Source: Oikopleura dioica
Lineage: Eukaryota; Animalia; Chordata
DNA length: 64,000 bases
Direction of reading: 5' to 3'
NCBI GenBank assembly: GCA_907165135.1
Contig: OU015567.1
Coordinates: forward strand, 13,206,001 to 13,270,000
Of the stretch, positions 12,301-23,800 are shown in pieces. Positions within the stretch are counted from its first letter, which is position 1, and each line of letters opens with the position of its first letter. The notes under the pieces were generated by a model, which saw only the letters and a list, made by a program, of their open reading frames with translations, was not told the origin of the DNA and searched no databases. A program made the position numbers and the translations under genes.

Positions 12301-13750
12301 CTTGCGTAGTTCCGAAGTCGCCAATAAAGCTTGTTTGGTCGTCAACAGATATTGCTGTTGTGCTAGCTAATGTTTCCACTGAAGTGGTATCTTCCATCAA
12401 ATCTGTTGTGCTGTCTAATTCGGTGGTAGAGTTACCCCACTCGGTTTGAGCGGCAGTAGTCTCTCCCGTGTTAGTAGTTGATAACGTTGGTGAAGATGTT
12501 GTCGCGGATAAACCGTTCTCATCCGGCATGCATACGCCAAATTCGTTGATAGAGGAGCCACTAGAGCAAGAGCAGCTTTCCGGATTGCTAAAAGTCATTG
12601 TAAAAACTAGTTGAAAATAAGCTCGATCACCTGAAAAGCCCTTGGACTTGATCACACGATATGCAAATGTCCACTAATCCGTCGTTGAATCTTTTAAAGC
12701 CTTAACAAAAAAGAGCTGAGGAAAGTTCGAGAGCTCAAAATTATGCAAAATAAAACTGTGAACCACTTATTTAAACCTGGTAAACATTGACAGACTCCGT
12801 TGTCGTCGGCTTTGGCGTACGGATGGCACGTGCAGGCTTGTCCATCGGCACCAGGACCTGTCAGTGAGAGGGAGGAACATGAGACACAGTAGGTTCCTTC
12901 ACAAGAGAGAGAATGAAAAATTAGATTGGAGAGGGGACACTTGCCTGATAGGTGCTCGGTAAAATTCTAAACACTCGTCATTCAGAAACGCACGAAAAAA
13001 CAACTTTTACCTCGTCGCAGGAACACACTCCATATTCGTCAGGCACCGCGTTTAGACCACATCCCAAGTCCGACGAGTCGTTTCTGACACCTATTAGCAA
13101 AGTGGAGACACAAGTTCAAAATTAGTCTACTGAATGAAACCACCGGGCGCTCTACGTTCCTGATAGTTTTGATGAATCTACACATGTTCCAGCGGATGTT
13201 TCAGTGTAATTAGACGCGCACGAGCAGGAACCAGAAGAGGAAAGCGACGAGTATGGAACACACGAGCACTTCGGACCGTCCCTTATTTCTCATGCTTTGC
13301 TGTTTTACATTTTAGCTTACCAAAGTGGCCCGGAAATATCAGTACAGTTGAGGCAAGTGCTATTGACGGTCTCGAATGGCCAATCAGTCAGCACTTGCGC
13401 CTCTAATGGAGCTTGAACAATTCCATCGAAATAGAAAAAATGACTTCATGAAAATCTGCTGTTTTCACTAAAATTCCGTGGATTCTAAGCCCCTGGCTGA
13501 ACATTCGCAAATCCCCCAAGCATTTCTAGCGCATTCTTCGCCCTGAATCTCTCTTGCAAAAATTATTATCGAAATTGCTTGAAATCCGTTAGGAAGAAGC
13601 ATTGTTGACTTTTCTGAGGGATTCGGCTAGACAGGGAGAATATTCGGCGCATTTTGTTTGATAAAGTATTGAAAGGATGCTATTTCGGAGCAGTGGGAAA
13701 TTTTACCGCGCTCACATGCATGATTGATTTCTTCATACTTTTTGACAGGG
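6350..13750 (-). CDS. Large multi-exon mucin-like extracellular protein: Cys-rich (EGF/furin-like) repeats, Ser/Thr-rich stalk, TSP1 motif, SEA-like and EGF-like segments; termini uncertain
   Basis: Spliced minus-strand exons give CSCVPY..CSCASNY..CVD, CTCHPYAKADDNGVCQCLPG, long T/S/E-rich ORFs (9329-12655), WSTCSVSCG...GGVRTRTQVCNTDNC (~8990-9180) and CLCRYGFKDYGVGC (~7560). Junctions include GT-AG, GC-AG and GA-AG introns; some junctions near 8.5-8.7 kb are unresolved. Confidence 0.6.
10416..11075. mobile_element. Non-autonomous TTAA-flanked element with GG...CC termini (Kolobok-like), inside a mucin-gene intron
   Basis: ttaa|gggggaggtcgacgagaa ... ttctcgtcgaccccctcc|ttaa, with TTAA at 10412-10415 and 11076-11079. 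AT-rich interior with no coding capacity. Confidence 0.75.
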
Positions 13751-14145
13751 TCAACTAAAAGTCAATAATAGGAGGGTTTCTGCAAGCTTAGTAAAGTAGA
13801 TTGAGATAAAGCAGTATTGTATGTTTGTACCGATAGTTTAATCGGGTAAATAAAACATCCGAAAAACGGTGTTATCTCCCCTCACCACGAAACCGTAAAA
13901 TAAAAACGAAAGAATCGCGATTGGACTCTTAATTTCGGCGGAAATAACAAGATTGTGGAACCATTTTTATGGCAACGCTTACAAAATAAAGTGCTTGATT
14001 CTGTTAACAAAATATAAATTTTGGTATGATTTTTGATATTTTTATTTATTCAAAAATAGGAAGAATCTGACAATAAGTTGGAAGAAAATGAGTCGCAAAA
14101 TAAAAGTAAGTTGGGTGTATTTGAGTTCTTCTTTGTTCGCACAGG

Positions 14146-15984
14146 CTAAAATTTTCGTCCAGCCAGGACGTAGTCGTTTTCGATTATGCAGTCGGGTTCA
14201 GCTAAAATGATTTGTGAAATATTTGACGGATGCAGGAAAACTTACAGACGAAGCCAGTTTCACAGCTTTTCGGTGAGCGTAGTGTCGGGTACTTGATTTT
14301 CCTTTCTCTAGGAGTGCTTGCCACCATGCTTGGGGCCGATGGCGTCGCTCGCTGCCTTGAGATGCCGATCGCCGTCGTTCCGATCTGCGTGCGGGGATAT
14401 GACTTTTTCTAAATTTATCGAAAACTAATTATCGAAACTTAAAATGTAATCATATCCCAATCTTTTCATTTTCTTGCCATCGCGGCGCTGACTATCCGAT
14501 GAGGTTGAAGACGTGAGGAGTGAGTCGTCTCGGCTTCCGTAGAGCTTTCGGTCTCGTCGCTGACGCTTGGGAGCTTTCGGGGCTAGATATAATTTTATCA
14601 GAGAAAGCGCTAATTATATCGACGACATACTTATATCACTAGCGAATTCGAATCGGTCCGTCTCGTAGCCATTTGAGCCCTGAAACTGTTCCGGCGTTGG
14701 TTGATCGTCAGGGTAGGAATGGACAGGGTGAAATCTGGATTCGGCGTAGTGAGGCATTCGTTCTCGCGAAAGTGGCTCTTGATAGCGAGGTTGGAGGGTG
14801 ACATGGTTGCTTGGCCGGTAGAAACGCCGATGTTGGTGATGGTAATCGGGCTCGTAGCTTATTAAAAATTTTCATTATTACTGATATCTAGGGTAGAAGA
14901 CTTACTCGTCGCAGCATAAAGCTGAGTTTAGCCGCTGTATGAAATTCTTCGTACAATACTTGAGCGCAAAGTAGACTACCAATATAGTTACGATGACGAT
15001 GACAGCCTTCAGAAGAAAACTGGAGAAGCCACCAAAGAAATTTGACATATCCTCGAAGAAATCTTGACTTCGCGCGTAGCCTAAATGTCATCATGAATAT
15101 TTTTTCAAGAAAGACTTTCAATAACTTTCCTTGGTCAACAGTAGTCTTTGCCGCAGCACCAACGTCCATAACAGTTTCGCTCATCGGTTCGATGAATTTT
15201 CGTCTTACAAAGAGTTTTTTGAAGCTAGTAGAAATTTGTAATCATAAGTCTATTTGCTCTTTTCCTGACAAATTTCTCAATCTCCGCCGGAGAGTAGTCC
15301 TTGTTGTCTGCCAGGATTCTCGCTTTCTACCTGAATCTCGATAATATCCTTTTCGTTTCCTATCAGTCTTCTATTTCGTAAGCGAAGTGAGTACGTGATG
15401 ATTCTCTTTCTATTTCCAAGTGGGTCTTCGTTGTCTTCAATTCTATCTGCTAAAATCCTTTCACAGAAAATACACCTTCTACAGCAGTGAAGTTCTCGAT
15501 TTGAAAATTGCAGAAGTATTTTTGCTCTTCTTCGCCCTCCTGTCGGTTCTCCCGGCTACAGCGGTGGCCTTGAGCGCACATCAAAACGAGCTTTATCCAG
15601 TGATAAGCTGGGGAGCGCCTTGGTAGCATGAGAAAATGCTTCCGACACCGTATCGATGAATTGAACCTGCCAAGTTTGCAGTCGGGAACTGTGAGAAGAA
15701 TTTCTGTCGGAATGATTCCATTGAGGTTTCTAAAGGTCGAAGGTTAAGATTATCGTACAAAAATATAGATACATGTTATCGAGCATTCGTCAATGCTTCA
15801 TCTTGTGGATTCTCATACAAGTTCTTCTCTATGAGTCATGGTCAAAAAATTCTAGTTTCTTCCATTCCGATAACGGGTAGTTGATATTCTCCAGATTGTT
15901 GTTTTTTCTAGATTCAGTACCTATTTGTAGTTTCTTAGAAAATTCAATCACTCAACGATGGCAGAGAATCAGGAGAGGTACCAT
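14146..15984 (-). CDS. Single-pass (type I-like) membrane protein of unknown function
   Basis: Spliced model: MVPLLILC... ectodomain; TM segment FLLKAVIVIVTILVVYFALKY (~14960-15020, reached via GA-AG intron 15081-15129); cytoplasmic exons YEPDYHHQHRR..., RKAPKRQRR..., ending ...VLAGRKF*. The 5' exons are uncertain. Confidence 0.6.
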
Positions 15985-16293
15985 TTTTGTCGTTTTATAA
16001 TATTATATTATTATTAAAATAAACCTAGCCCCGTACGACCCAACTTCCACGATCCGGACTCTCTCGTGAACTTACCAGGACCGCAGTTCGAAGATGAATT
16101 CCGTGAAAAAGTAAAGAATGAGGACGGGTACGTGTACATGTGGGACGGGATGAGAAAAATGATGATCATAGGAACAGGTTTTATGCATTGAACTAAATTG
16201 GCTATGATTATATGGGATGTTTCAGAATTAAAATAATAAACAATAACTGTTGAACGAAACCTGACCAAAGTTCTCCCTGCTCTTCCTGAAAAG

Positions 16294-16629
16294 ATGGACG
16301 GCATCTGTCAAGAATTTATTCGCGCCCAAGAGCGAGGCGATACCTACGTTTACGCCGATATTGAATACGTAGATGAGGTGGTAAACGCGGAGGCCGCGGA
16401 AGAGACTGACGGAGAAGGCAGTGAAGAAATAATCGTTGAAACTGCCGAAGAATGTACCGACGAGTCTGACGACGACTCTGACGATGAAAGTAGCGAAGAC
16501 GATGGCAATGAGACAGAGGACGAGTCTGATGAACAAAGGAGCGAAGACGATGGCGATAAAACAGAAGACGAGTCTGAGGATGTCGATATTCGTATTCCTG
16601 AAGCCTCGGAATACGACTTTCTGTGTTAG
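16294..16629 (+). CDS. Small acidic low-complexity protein (Asp/Glu-rich); possible upstream exon at ~16020-16177
   Basis: 111-aa ATG-initiated ORF with coding-like D/E codon usage. The link to the upstream open segment is blocked by in-frame stops unless spliced differently. Confidence 0.35.
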   Translation: MDGICQEFIRAQERGDTYVYADIEYVDEVVNAEAAEETDGEGSEEIIVETAEECTDESDDDSDDESSEDDGNETEDESDEQRSEDDGDKTEDESEDVDIRIPEASEYDFLC

Positions 16630-16841
16630 TCTTGCTGACCCGAATAAAATAGTACAAAATATACAGTTGAGAAATTTTTGCATATTCAATCGACAATTTA
16701 ATTGTCAATTAGCTTTCGGCCAGGTGGCACATCAAAAGTACTAATCTAGACGGTATCTTTGAGTCCATCAAGCGCGTGTAAAATGAGGAACTACACACCA
16801 GCTGTTCCGTAATGAGTCGTCGCGAAAGCCCTTTAACTTTC

Positions 16842-16928
16842 GATTGGCTTCTCCTGTCCTCAAAAGCGCGATTTCAAGATGGGATTCCGTTTGATATCAG
16901 ACTGCGCCATCCTTGAGAAAATATAAAA
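16842..16928 (+). promoter_or_regulatory. Putative core promoter (reverse CCAAT + TATA) of the bHLH-WRPW gene
   Basis: attgg at 16842-16846 and tataaaa at 16922-16928, ~90 nt upstream of ATG 17017. AATAAA follows the ORF at 17702-17707. Confidence 0.45.
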
Positions 16929-17016
16929 CCGAGGCGACATAACCAGGCAACTCATATCATTCCAGATACAAACAACAAAAAAGAAACAATCAATCTCATT
17001 TTATAAAGTCGAGAAC

Positions 17017-17679
17017 ATGAACACCCCACGAACCAGCGGCAACGATTTCTCCAAGAAATCACGAGTCAAGTTGAACGAGCGCTTCTCGAGACTTCGAGTC
17101 ATTGTCGAAAAGCGTTTTCCAGAGATTCACGACTGGAACAGATTCCGCATTCTCGACGCTGCCATTGCCTTGCTCGGCGGTAAGCCACTCTCTGCCAACC
17201 CCACAGAGCGTCGGACTGCCATGAACAACCAAGAAGCCTGCGCGTATTACAGAAACAAGCTCAAGAACTGCTTCGAAATCCTCAAGCAAACGCTCGACAC
17301 CGAAGGCTTTATCAGCGCTGGAACAACTCGTCAACTTAACACTCGAGCAGGATTGCTGGAGTTTACGATCGACTGCCTCGTCACAAAGTTCGGCGAGCCC
17401 GACGAATTGAGAATCGATTTTTTGCCAACTCCTATCGTCCGAAGATCACCCAAGAAACGACGCTCCACTGACTCTTGCGAATTTACTCCTCCAGCTAAAC
17501 GACCCTCATCAATCAACTTCACTCCCTCGCCAGCTTCTTCATCTTCTGGCTCCCTTCAGCTCTCTCCCGAACACGAGCAGCTCCTGCAGAAACTGCGAAT
17601 CGCATATTTCTTATCTAACCTTTCTGGCAAAACTGCATTCAACCCTGCTCTTGACTTGAACATCTGGCGCCCATGGTGA
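17017..17679 (+). CDS. Intronless protein with two tandem bHLH-like domains and C-terminal WRPW (Hairy/E(spl)-type Groucho-binding repressor)
   Basis: Domain 1: KKSRVKLNERFSRLRVIV...NRFRILDAAIALL. Domain 2: YYRNKLKNCFEILKQTL...TRAGLLEFTIDCL. The protein ends ...NIWRPW*. TATA and polyA signals flank the ORF. Confidence 0.85.
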   Translation: MNTPRTSGNDFSKKSRVKLNERFSRLRVIVEKRFPEIHDWNRFRILDAAIALLGGKPLSANPTERRTAMNNQEACAYYRNKLKNCFEILKQTLDTEGFISAGTTRQLNTRAGLLEFTIDCLVTKFGEPDELRIDFLPTPIVRRSPKKRRSTDSCEFTPPAKRPSSINFTPSPASSSSGSLQLSPEHEQLLQKLRIAYFLSNLSGKTAFNPALDLNIWRPW

Positions 17680-17803
17680 ACAATTATTCTTTGTAAATAG
17701 AAATAAAATGTATTGGAATAACCAAATTTTGTTTTGTTTGCGTGATGTTTCCATGGTTTATTATCCGTTATGAAATGGTGAGAGTTAGCAGTGAGGTGAA
17801 TTT

Positions 17804-20800
17804 TCAGAGATTTAGCTGAAAAAGCAGGCGGTGAAAGACAGCGAAAATTGCGGAATTCTCCGTTAGTCCGATTCCGATATCGCGCTTTGTGACGTTTTTC
17901 TGGCTTGAAAGATATATCTCCACGTACTTATAGACGATTAGCAAGTTATTACCAAAACTATTGACTTACACAGAAGTAATATCCAGTGAATCTAAGGCAG
18001 TCTTCAGTATGCTCTTCCATTCTATGCGACTTCAAAAACTCGCGGATTTTGTCCCGTGAATTGAGTTTCTCTGTTTTTCCGGTGCCGGCTGTTTCGGAGT
18101 AAAGTCGCTTTGCGATCTCTCTTCTTGGATTGAGCTTGTTTATGAACTCAGGACTAGAATTTAAATAAGTTGGAAATAAGTAAAGAAGCGTAGTTTACTT
18201 GTATGGCTTGTTCCCTTCAATGCCCATGATGGGGATGATCTTGGACTTGTAGATATCCCATATTTGAGGGAGGCATTGATTGCAATCCAGCCAGACGGCG
18301 CCGAACATAGATTCGAATACGTCACCAAACCATTTGGGAATGTCGAGAAGATAAGCTAAAACAGAGTTATTTCATGACTAGTTGAAAATTTCGCCACTGA
18401 GAGTACGACTTACGGCAAGAATACTCCTTCGCTCGGTTTACGGTCTTATCAGTCCATTCCATAACGTTGAGAACACGCTGCAAGTCAGGATTCAAGGGAA
18501 CGCCTCGTTCCTGCTTGTTGAGCAGATTCTTGAACTCTTCGAGTTTGTGCATCGCAGAGATGTGATCCTTCGCGGCGCTCGCTTTCATCAACGTCGATTG
18601 TGGTAATCCCATGCAAAACGCCAACGATCCAAAAAGGTTATTCGAAGTGATTGCTTGCTTCAAATCGGTAAGCTCTCCAGAATCGAGTGAAGCCGACCTT
18701 CGATTGAAGAGCTCATCAACGACCAAATAATCCAAAATCGCATCACCAAGGAATTCAAGCCGCTCATAATTGTCTTTGGGATCTTTTGTGAACTTCTTTT
18801 TCGCAAGCGCGAGTCTGCAAAGATGAGGTGAAATGAATTCATACTGAAGCTCATTCTGAAGGTCCTTGATGATTTTATCTGTCTTTGAATCGGGCTCCAC
18901 TAGTTCAGATTTGTAAGTCATGTGATCTTCCCCAAATGCGGCTCTAGCTTCGTAGGCATTTTCTGGCCAGAATTCTGGAGGGTGGGTGATGAGGCAATCG
19001 CCCTGTACAGTTCGCTTCCTGCGAATTCCTTCCAAGTATTCAGGGTTACTAATGAGTGTATCCATGTAGAGCTGATTCAGCATCCAGACAAATCGAGCAG
19101 CCATTTTCTCCCCGCCAGTCACCAGGTATGCTCCGATAAGCGATTCGATTACGTCGGCGGTTTTCTTGTCGACGAGTTTGTTAATGCTATCGATCGTCAT
19201 ATAGTTGAAGTGGGAAGGACGGACGGTCTCGCTGGTAAATTCATCGGAAATCCGAGGGAAGATTTCTGTTTCATCCTGGTTATCGTCTGTCAGAGCGTGA
19301 TTCAAGGTGTAAACCCATCCTGGCGCTCGTAGAATCCCACGTCCCTTCTGACTGAGATCGTGACAGTTCATATAGCGGGGGATCTGGAGGCAACTTCCAT
19401 CAGAAAGCTTGAGTTTGAACAGCTTTAGAAAATTTGCGTTGGAAATATATGCTCCACGGGCGCTCGTCAGTTCTCCATCTGTAAAATAACTGTACTTCTC
19501 GTAAAGAACACGAGTACAGGCGATTTTAATGAATGAATCGCCGAAAAACTCGAGTCGCTCAAGATTGAAAAAGTCATTTGCGGTTCGTTGAGTAAGTGCG
19601 CGTAGAAGAAGGGATGGAGGAGGAGCGAAACACTCGCGAGTGATAAAGTCAATCGGTGGGTCGGTAGCTTTTCGCTCGATTCTCTCAAAACATTTGTGGA
19701 TCTTCAGCTGGTCTTCGCTCTCATTCTTCAAGGACAGAACAGTATTTGTCTCTTCAGAATCTGTATCTGTTTCGCACTCTGCCGTGAATATTGCCGCATC
19801 TTTTTGAATGAGTGAAAACCAGTCTTTGCAGTGACTTTGAATTACTAATCGATTGATCGCCTGCTGCACAAGACTTTCATATGCTTCTTCCCTCGCCTCG
19901 CCTTCTTTTTTGTTTTCATTGAATTTTCCAAATGATTTGAAGAGCTTCAATGATTCATCGACGATTCCAGGTGTCTTTCCATCTTTATACCAAGGAATGA
20001 AAGTGCCAGGGTGCTCCACTTGCTGTTTTCCGAACAGTTCTAGCTCCTTTTCGCCGTACCACTCGATTTCCCGGTCGAAATGATCCTTGTCCGAAAACTC
20101 TTCTGATGAGGGTTTTGACCAGCAAGATATTTCCGTGTACCGAGGAGGAGTTTTCTTCGGATTGACGCGTTTTAAATACCATGCTTGTTTTTCTTGGCAG
20201 TTGATCGTGTTGCTGAGTAAACCAAAATCAAGATTTTCCTGCTTCTGTGGAATTGATAGGACCTTGTGATCAACGATTTTATCTACATGTGGCGGGAGAT
20301 AAAAAGCTTTCTCACCGAAGACTGGCGGAGGATAAACTGGACCAAGTGAGTCGAAAAGTTTCAGGAACTTTTCTTGATCTGTTGGAGCAGGAAGTTTTTT
20401 CTCGGATATCTTGATCTTCTTGTAGGAATAGTCAGTCCCTTCTTTCGAGTCACCAGTAAATTCATCATCTCTTGCGACATATCCAGAAGGAGCGGCTGTG
20501 GGAGGCAGATTTGTGAAGAGGAAGGTATCATGTCTGGCTTCAGTTCCTTCGACCAGGCCTTTGAATCTCTTGATAGAAGTCGTTTTGTACGTAGTAAGAG
20601 GTGATTTGGTTAGCATCTTGTAAACTTGTAGTGGTGATAGTCCAGGCTTGCTATGATTGTTTCCTTCATCGAGAGTCGGAAAAACCCTACCGTTGTACTC
20701 TTTCGCGAATTTGACACGAAGTTCCTCGGCATTTAGCAATTGAATGAGACGAACCGTGATTCCAGGCAATTTCGCTGCTTGAATAAACAGGTTCTTTGGA

Positions 20801-23800
20801 AGGAAGTGATACTCAATATGCTCCATGAAAAGGAATTTTGTTTGCTTTTTGCCACCTTCTGGAGCGTGTCTTGTGATCATCGTTTGCCTTGAATTATTGA
20901 AGGGGTCGCTGATCTTCACAAGTTTTCCCTTTGCGTTGAACTCAGGCTTTATCCTCTTATGATAATCGCCGTATGGAATGGGCTCTTTCAAACTTGTATC
21001 CTTCATTGTACCATCTTTATTCGAGAATTCTACAGTCAGATAGAACTTGTCGCACGTGGGTTGCCAGATCAACGAGTCAGGAGTATTGTCGGAAACGGAT
21101 TTTCGATTAAGAATCCGGACATTGTGATCTTGTCTATCGAATGTCTTGTAAAGCTCGCCGTAGAAGCGTCTTTTCTTAGTTGGCTCTGGAACTCGTGGAA
21201 TTCTTGGGTCCATATGTTTGCTGTAGTCTTTGAATAGTTCTTTGACTGGACGTCGCCAAGCGTATTCTGATTCTTGTATCAATTGAGGTGCTTTTATTAT
21301 TTTATTGCCGTAGTAAAAGGTAGCCTCTTCCACCTCCTGTCGCCAGTGTAACTCCCGCCCAACAATGAACTGCTCTTGTTTCGTTGATTGAATGATACCG
21401 AAGCCAAATCCTGCATCTGCCTTCATATACGGTTCATACCAGACACGCTGCTTGTCCCAGTGCTTCTCTTGGATCTTTTCTTCGTGTCTCTTCCTGATCG
21501 CCTTCCCGCTTCTTTTGGGTATTAAAGGATGTGGAGCAGGACCAGTCTTACTGGATTCAAGATTTGCATCGTTCAATAAATTGAGATTTTCTCTCAACCT
21601 TATAATTTTTGTCGTATACGCTTCCCATTCTGCAGTTGGCTCTCCATTCTCATCTTTCTGCGGTGTGAGTTGTCTTCTCTGATTGATTAATCTGTTCATT
21701 TCTGCATCTTTTTTGGCGTGATTTTCGCGTCTCGCTCTGATTATATGCATGCACCTACTTTCAAAGACCTCCATCTCGGTAATTGTAAACCAGTCAATGT
21801 CAAAACCATGCCATGGGAGCTGGCGCTTCGCAAGTGGAACATACAGCAACTGCACTTCACCTTGTCTTACCCACTGTTTCAACTCCCAGTATTCCGGAAC
21901 ACGCTTCTCGGCATTGCCCCAACCAGAAGTGAACTTTTTCGATTCCTTGCTCATCTCTTTTTGAAGATCTCGCTTCTTTTCAAGTGTCATCAGAACGTCG
22001 CTAGCTTGTAAACAATCTTCTCCTAATCCATTGTGTAGTTCTGTAATATTTCTGTAGAAATGTTTCAATTGACTCAATTCCACTTCGTCGAAAACAAGCA
22101 TCGATCTGAGTAGGGTCACTTCAACATCAAGGGCGTATGTGGTTTTTTGCTTCTTCGGATGATATACTGAAAATGGCGCAACCGAAACTATCGGCTTGGC
22201 AACAAGAATGCCAAAGGCCTGATCGCTAAAATCGTGAGGAAAAGACGCTTCCGACGAATTTTTGATGTTGAAGTTATCGCAGTAGCGTCTTGTCTTGCTG
22301 ATACTGACTAAATAAAGGTAACAAGGCTTGCCAGGTTCAATTTGGCCTCCTTGAAGACATTCTGGGAAAATTCGTCGGTATTGCTTGTCGTTTTTAATTG
22401 AGTACTTGCTCTTGAAATTTTCGCTCTCATGGAAAGGATGCTCGGGTAGATCAGGCTCGAATTCTCTTGGACCTCTTGTATGATACTTTTCGCGTTTTTC
22501 CTCAACCTCGGTTCTCGGATTTTTCAAGAGGAAGAAATCATTAGGATTCTCTTTCTTGAACCTTGTGAGGGCAATTTTGCACACATTCTCAACCGCATCT
22601 TCTTCGTTTTGAAAGGTGTCACTTATCATAACCTTCTTGGACACTGGGAAGTCAAATGGAAATCCAGCGGTAGCCATCCACCCTCCATTTCCATCCTTCG
22701 CTGTGTTGACTTGTAATTTCGCGAAAATATCCGGAATGCAAACTTTACTGACAACATCTCTTAGAATTTCTTTCGCCGTTTTATCGTCGGGAAATCCATC
22801 CATTATTCCTTCGTCCGCTTTTTCGATTCTTGTTTCCGACGACTCAAGCGGATCAGTAAAGATGTCACTCTTACTTTTAATTTCAGGTTCTTTGCAGCCA
22901 CCAGAACTAAATCGCTCGACTTCTTTTCTAACCTCATTGAACTTGTCATGAGTACTTAGGTCGACAACAAGTTGTATCATGCCATCTCTAACCGGGAGGT
23001 CAAAGAAATCTGCACTCGGCTCTTCGAAACGATAGCCAAGGCTGATCGGACACTTTCCCTGTGTGACAATCCCTTCAATTACGTAGTTCGGAACGCTAGA
23101 AGTCGTGATCAACAACCCTGAGCGATTTTTGCTATCCATGAAGAACTCCAAACTTTCTTTCATCGTCTTCGCATAATCTTTGTCTCTCTTCGCAAACACC
23201 TTTTCGTTGATCTCGTCTACAAGTCGTGGATTTCTCATTGAAGATTTGAAAGGCGTGCCGAGTTGGAACATCTTAGAATCATGGAAGAAGGGAATGATGC
23301 ATGCGAAAAGGGGGAACTCCCGCTCCGTCATGAGCTTCAAGGCCATCTGAAACGAATAGCACAGGACTTCGCTGTTGAAGCTGACGATGTACTTGCCAAA
23401 TCCTTCCCCAACGAGTTCTTCTACTGGCTTTTCGTATGGATTGTACGCACTTTTACTTTCAACAGGCTTCTTGATCTTTTTTACATCAAATTGACTTAAC
23501 CAAGCTGGTAGATCATCGTCAGCATTATCGTGGAACTCATCCAGTTCGCATTCCCTCTTTCTTCTTTCATAATCAGAATCAGGCTCTTTTTCCGAATCAT
23601 CATGATCGGACGCTCGATCCATCTCAAGATTCTCTTTAGGAGGGTTGAAGCGTTCCCGAAGGTTCCATAGAAACATCCAGAGCCTGTCGCTTAGCAAACA
23701 CTCTTTCTCTTCGATTTCATCAAGCTCGGAAATGATCGCTTTGCAAGAAAAGAAAGTCGTCAACACCATTTCGTAAATAGTATTGACCATCATGTTCGTT

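Noticed and set aside
16228-16708. Hydrophobic 153-aa and Arg-rich 130-aa minus-strand ORFs
   Set aside because: Antisense by-products of the Asp/Glu-rich plus-strand ORF.
16630-17016. Su(H)/CSL sites upstream of the WRPW gene
   Set aside because: No GTGGGAA/GTGAGAA or paired site found by eye, so Notch regulation is not supported from sequence.
17804-18413. Dicer apparently ending at 18367 or 18195 with no dsRBD
   Set aside because: Three short GT-AG introns extend the frame through RNase IIIb and a divergent dsRBD to TGA 17804.
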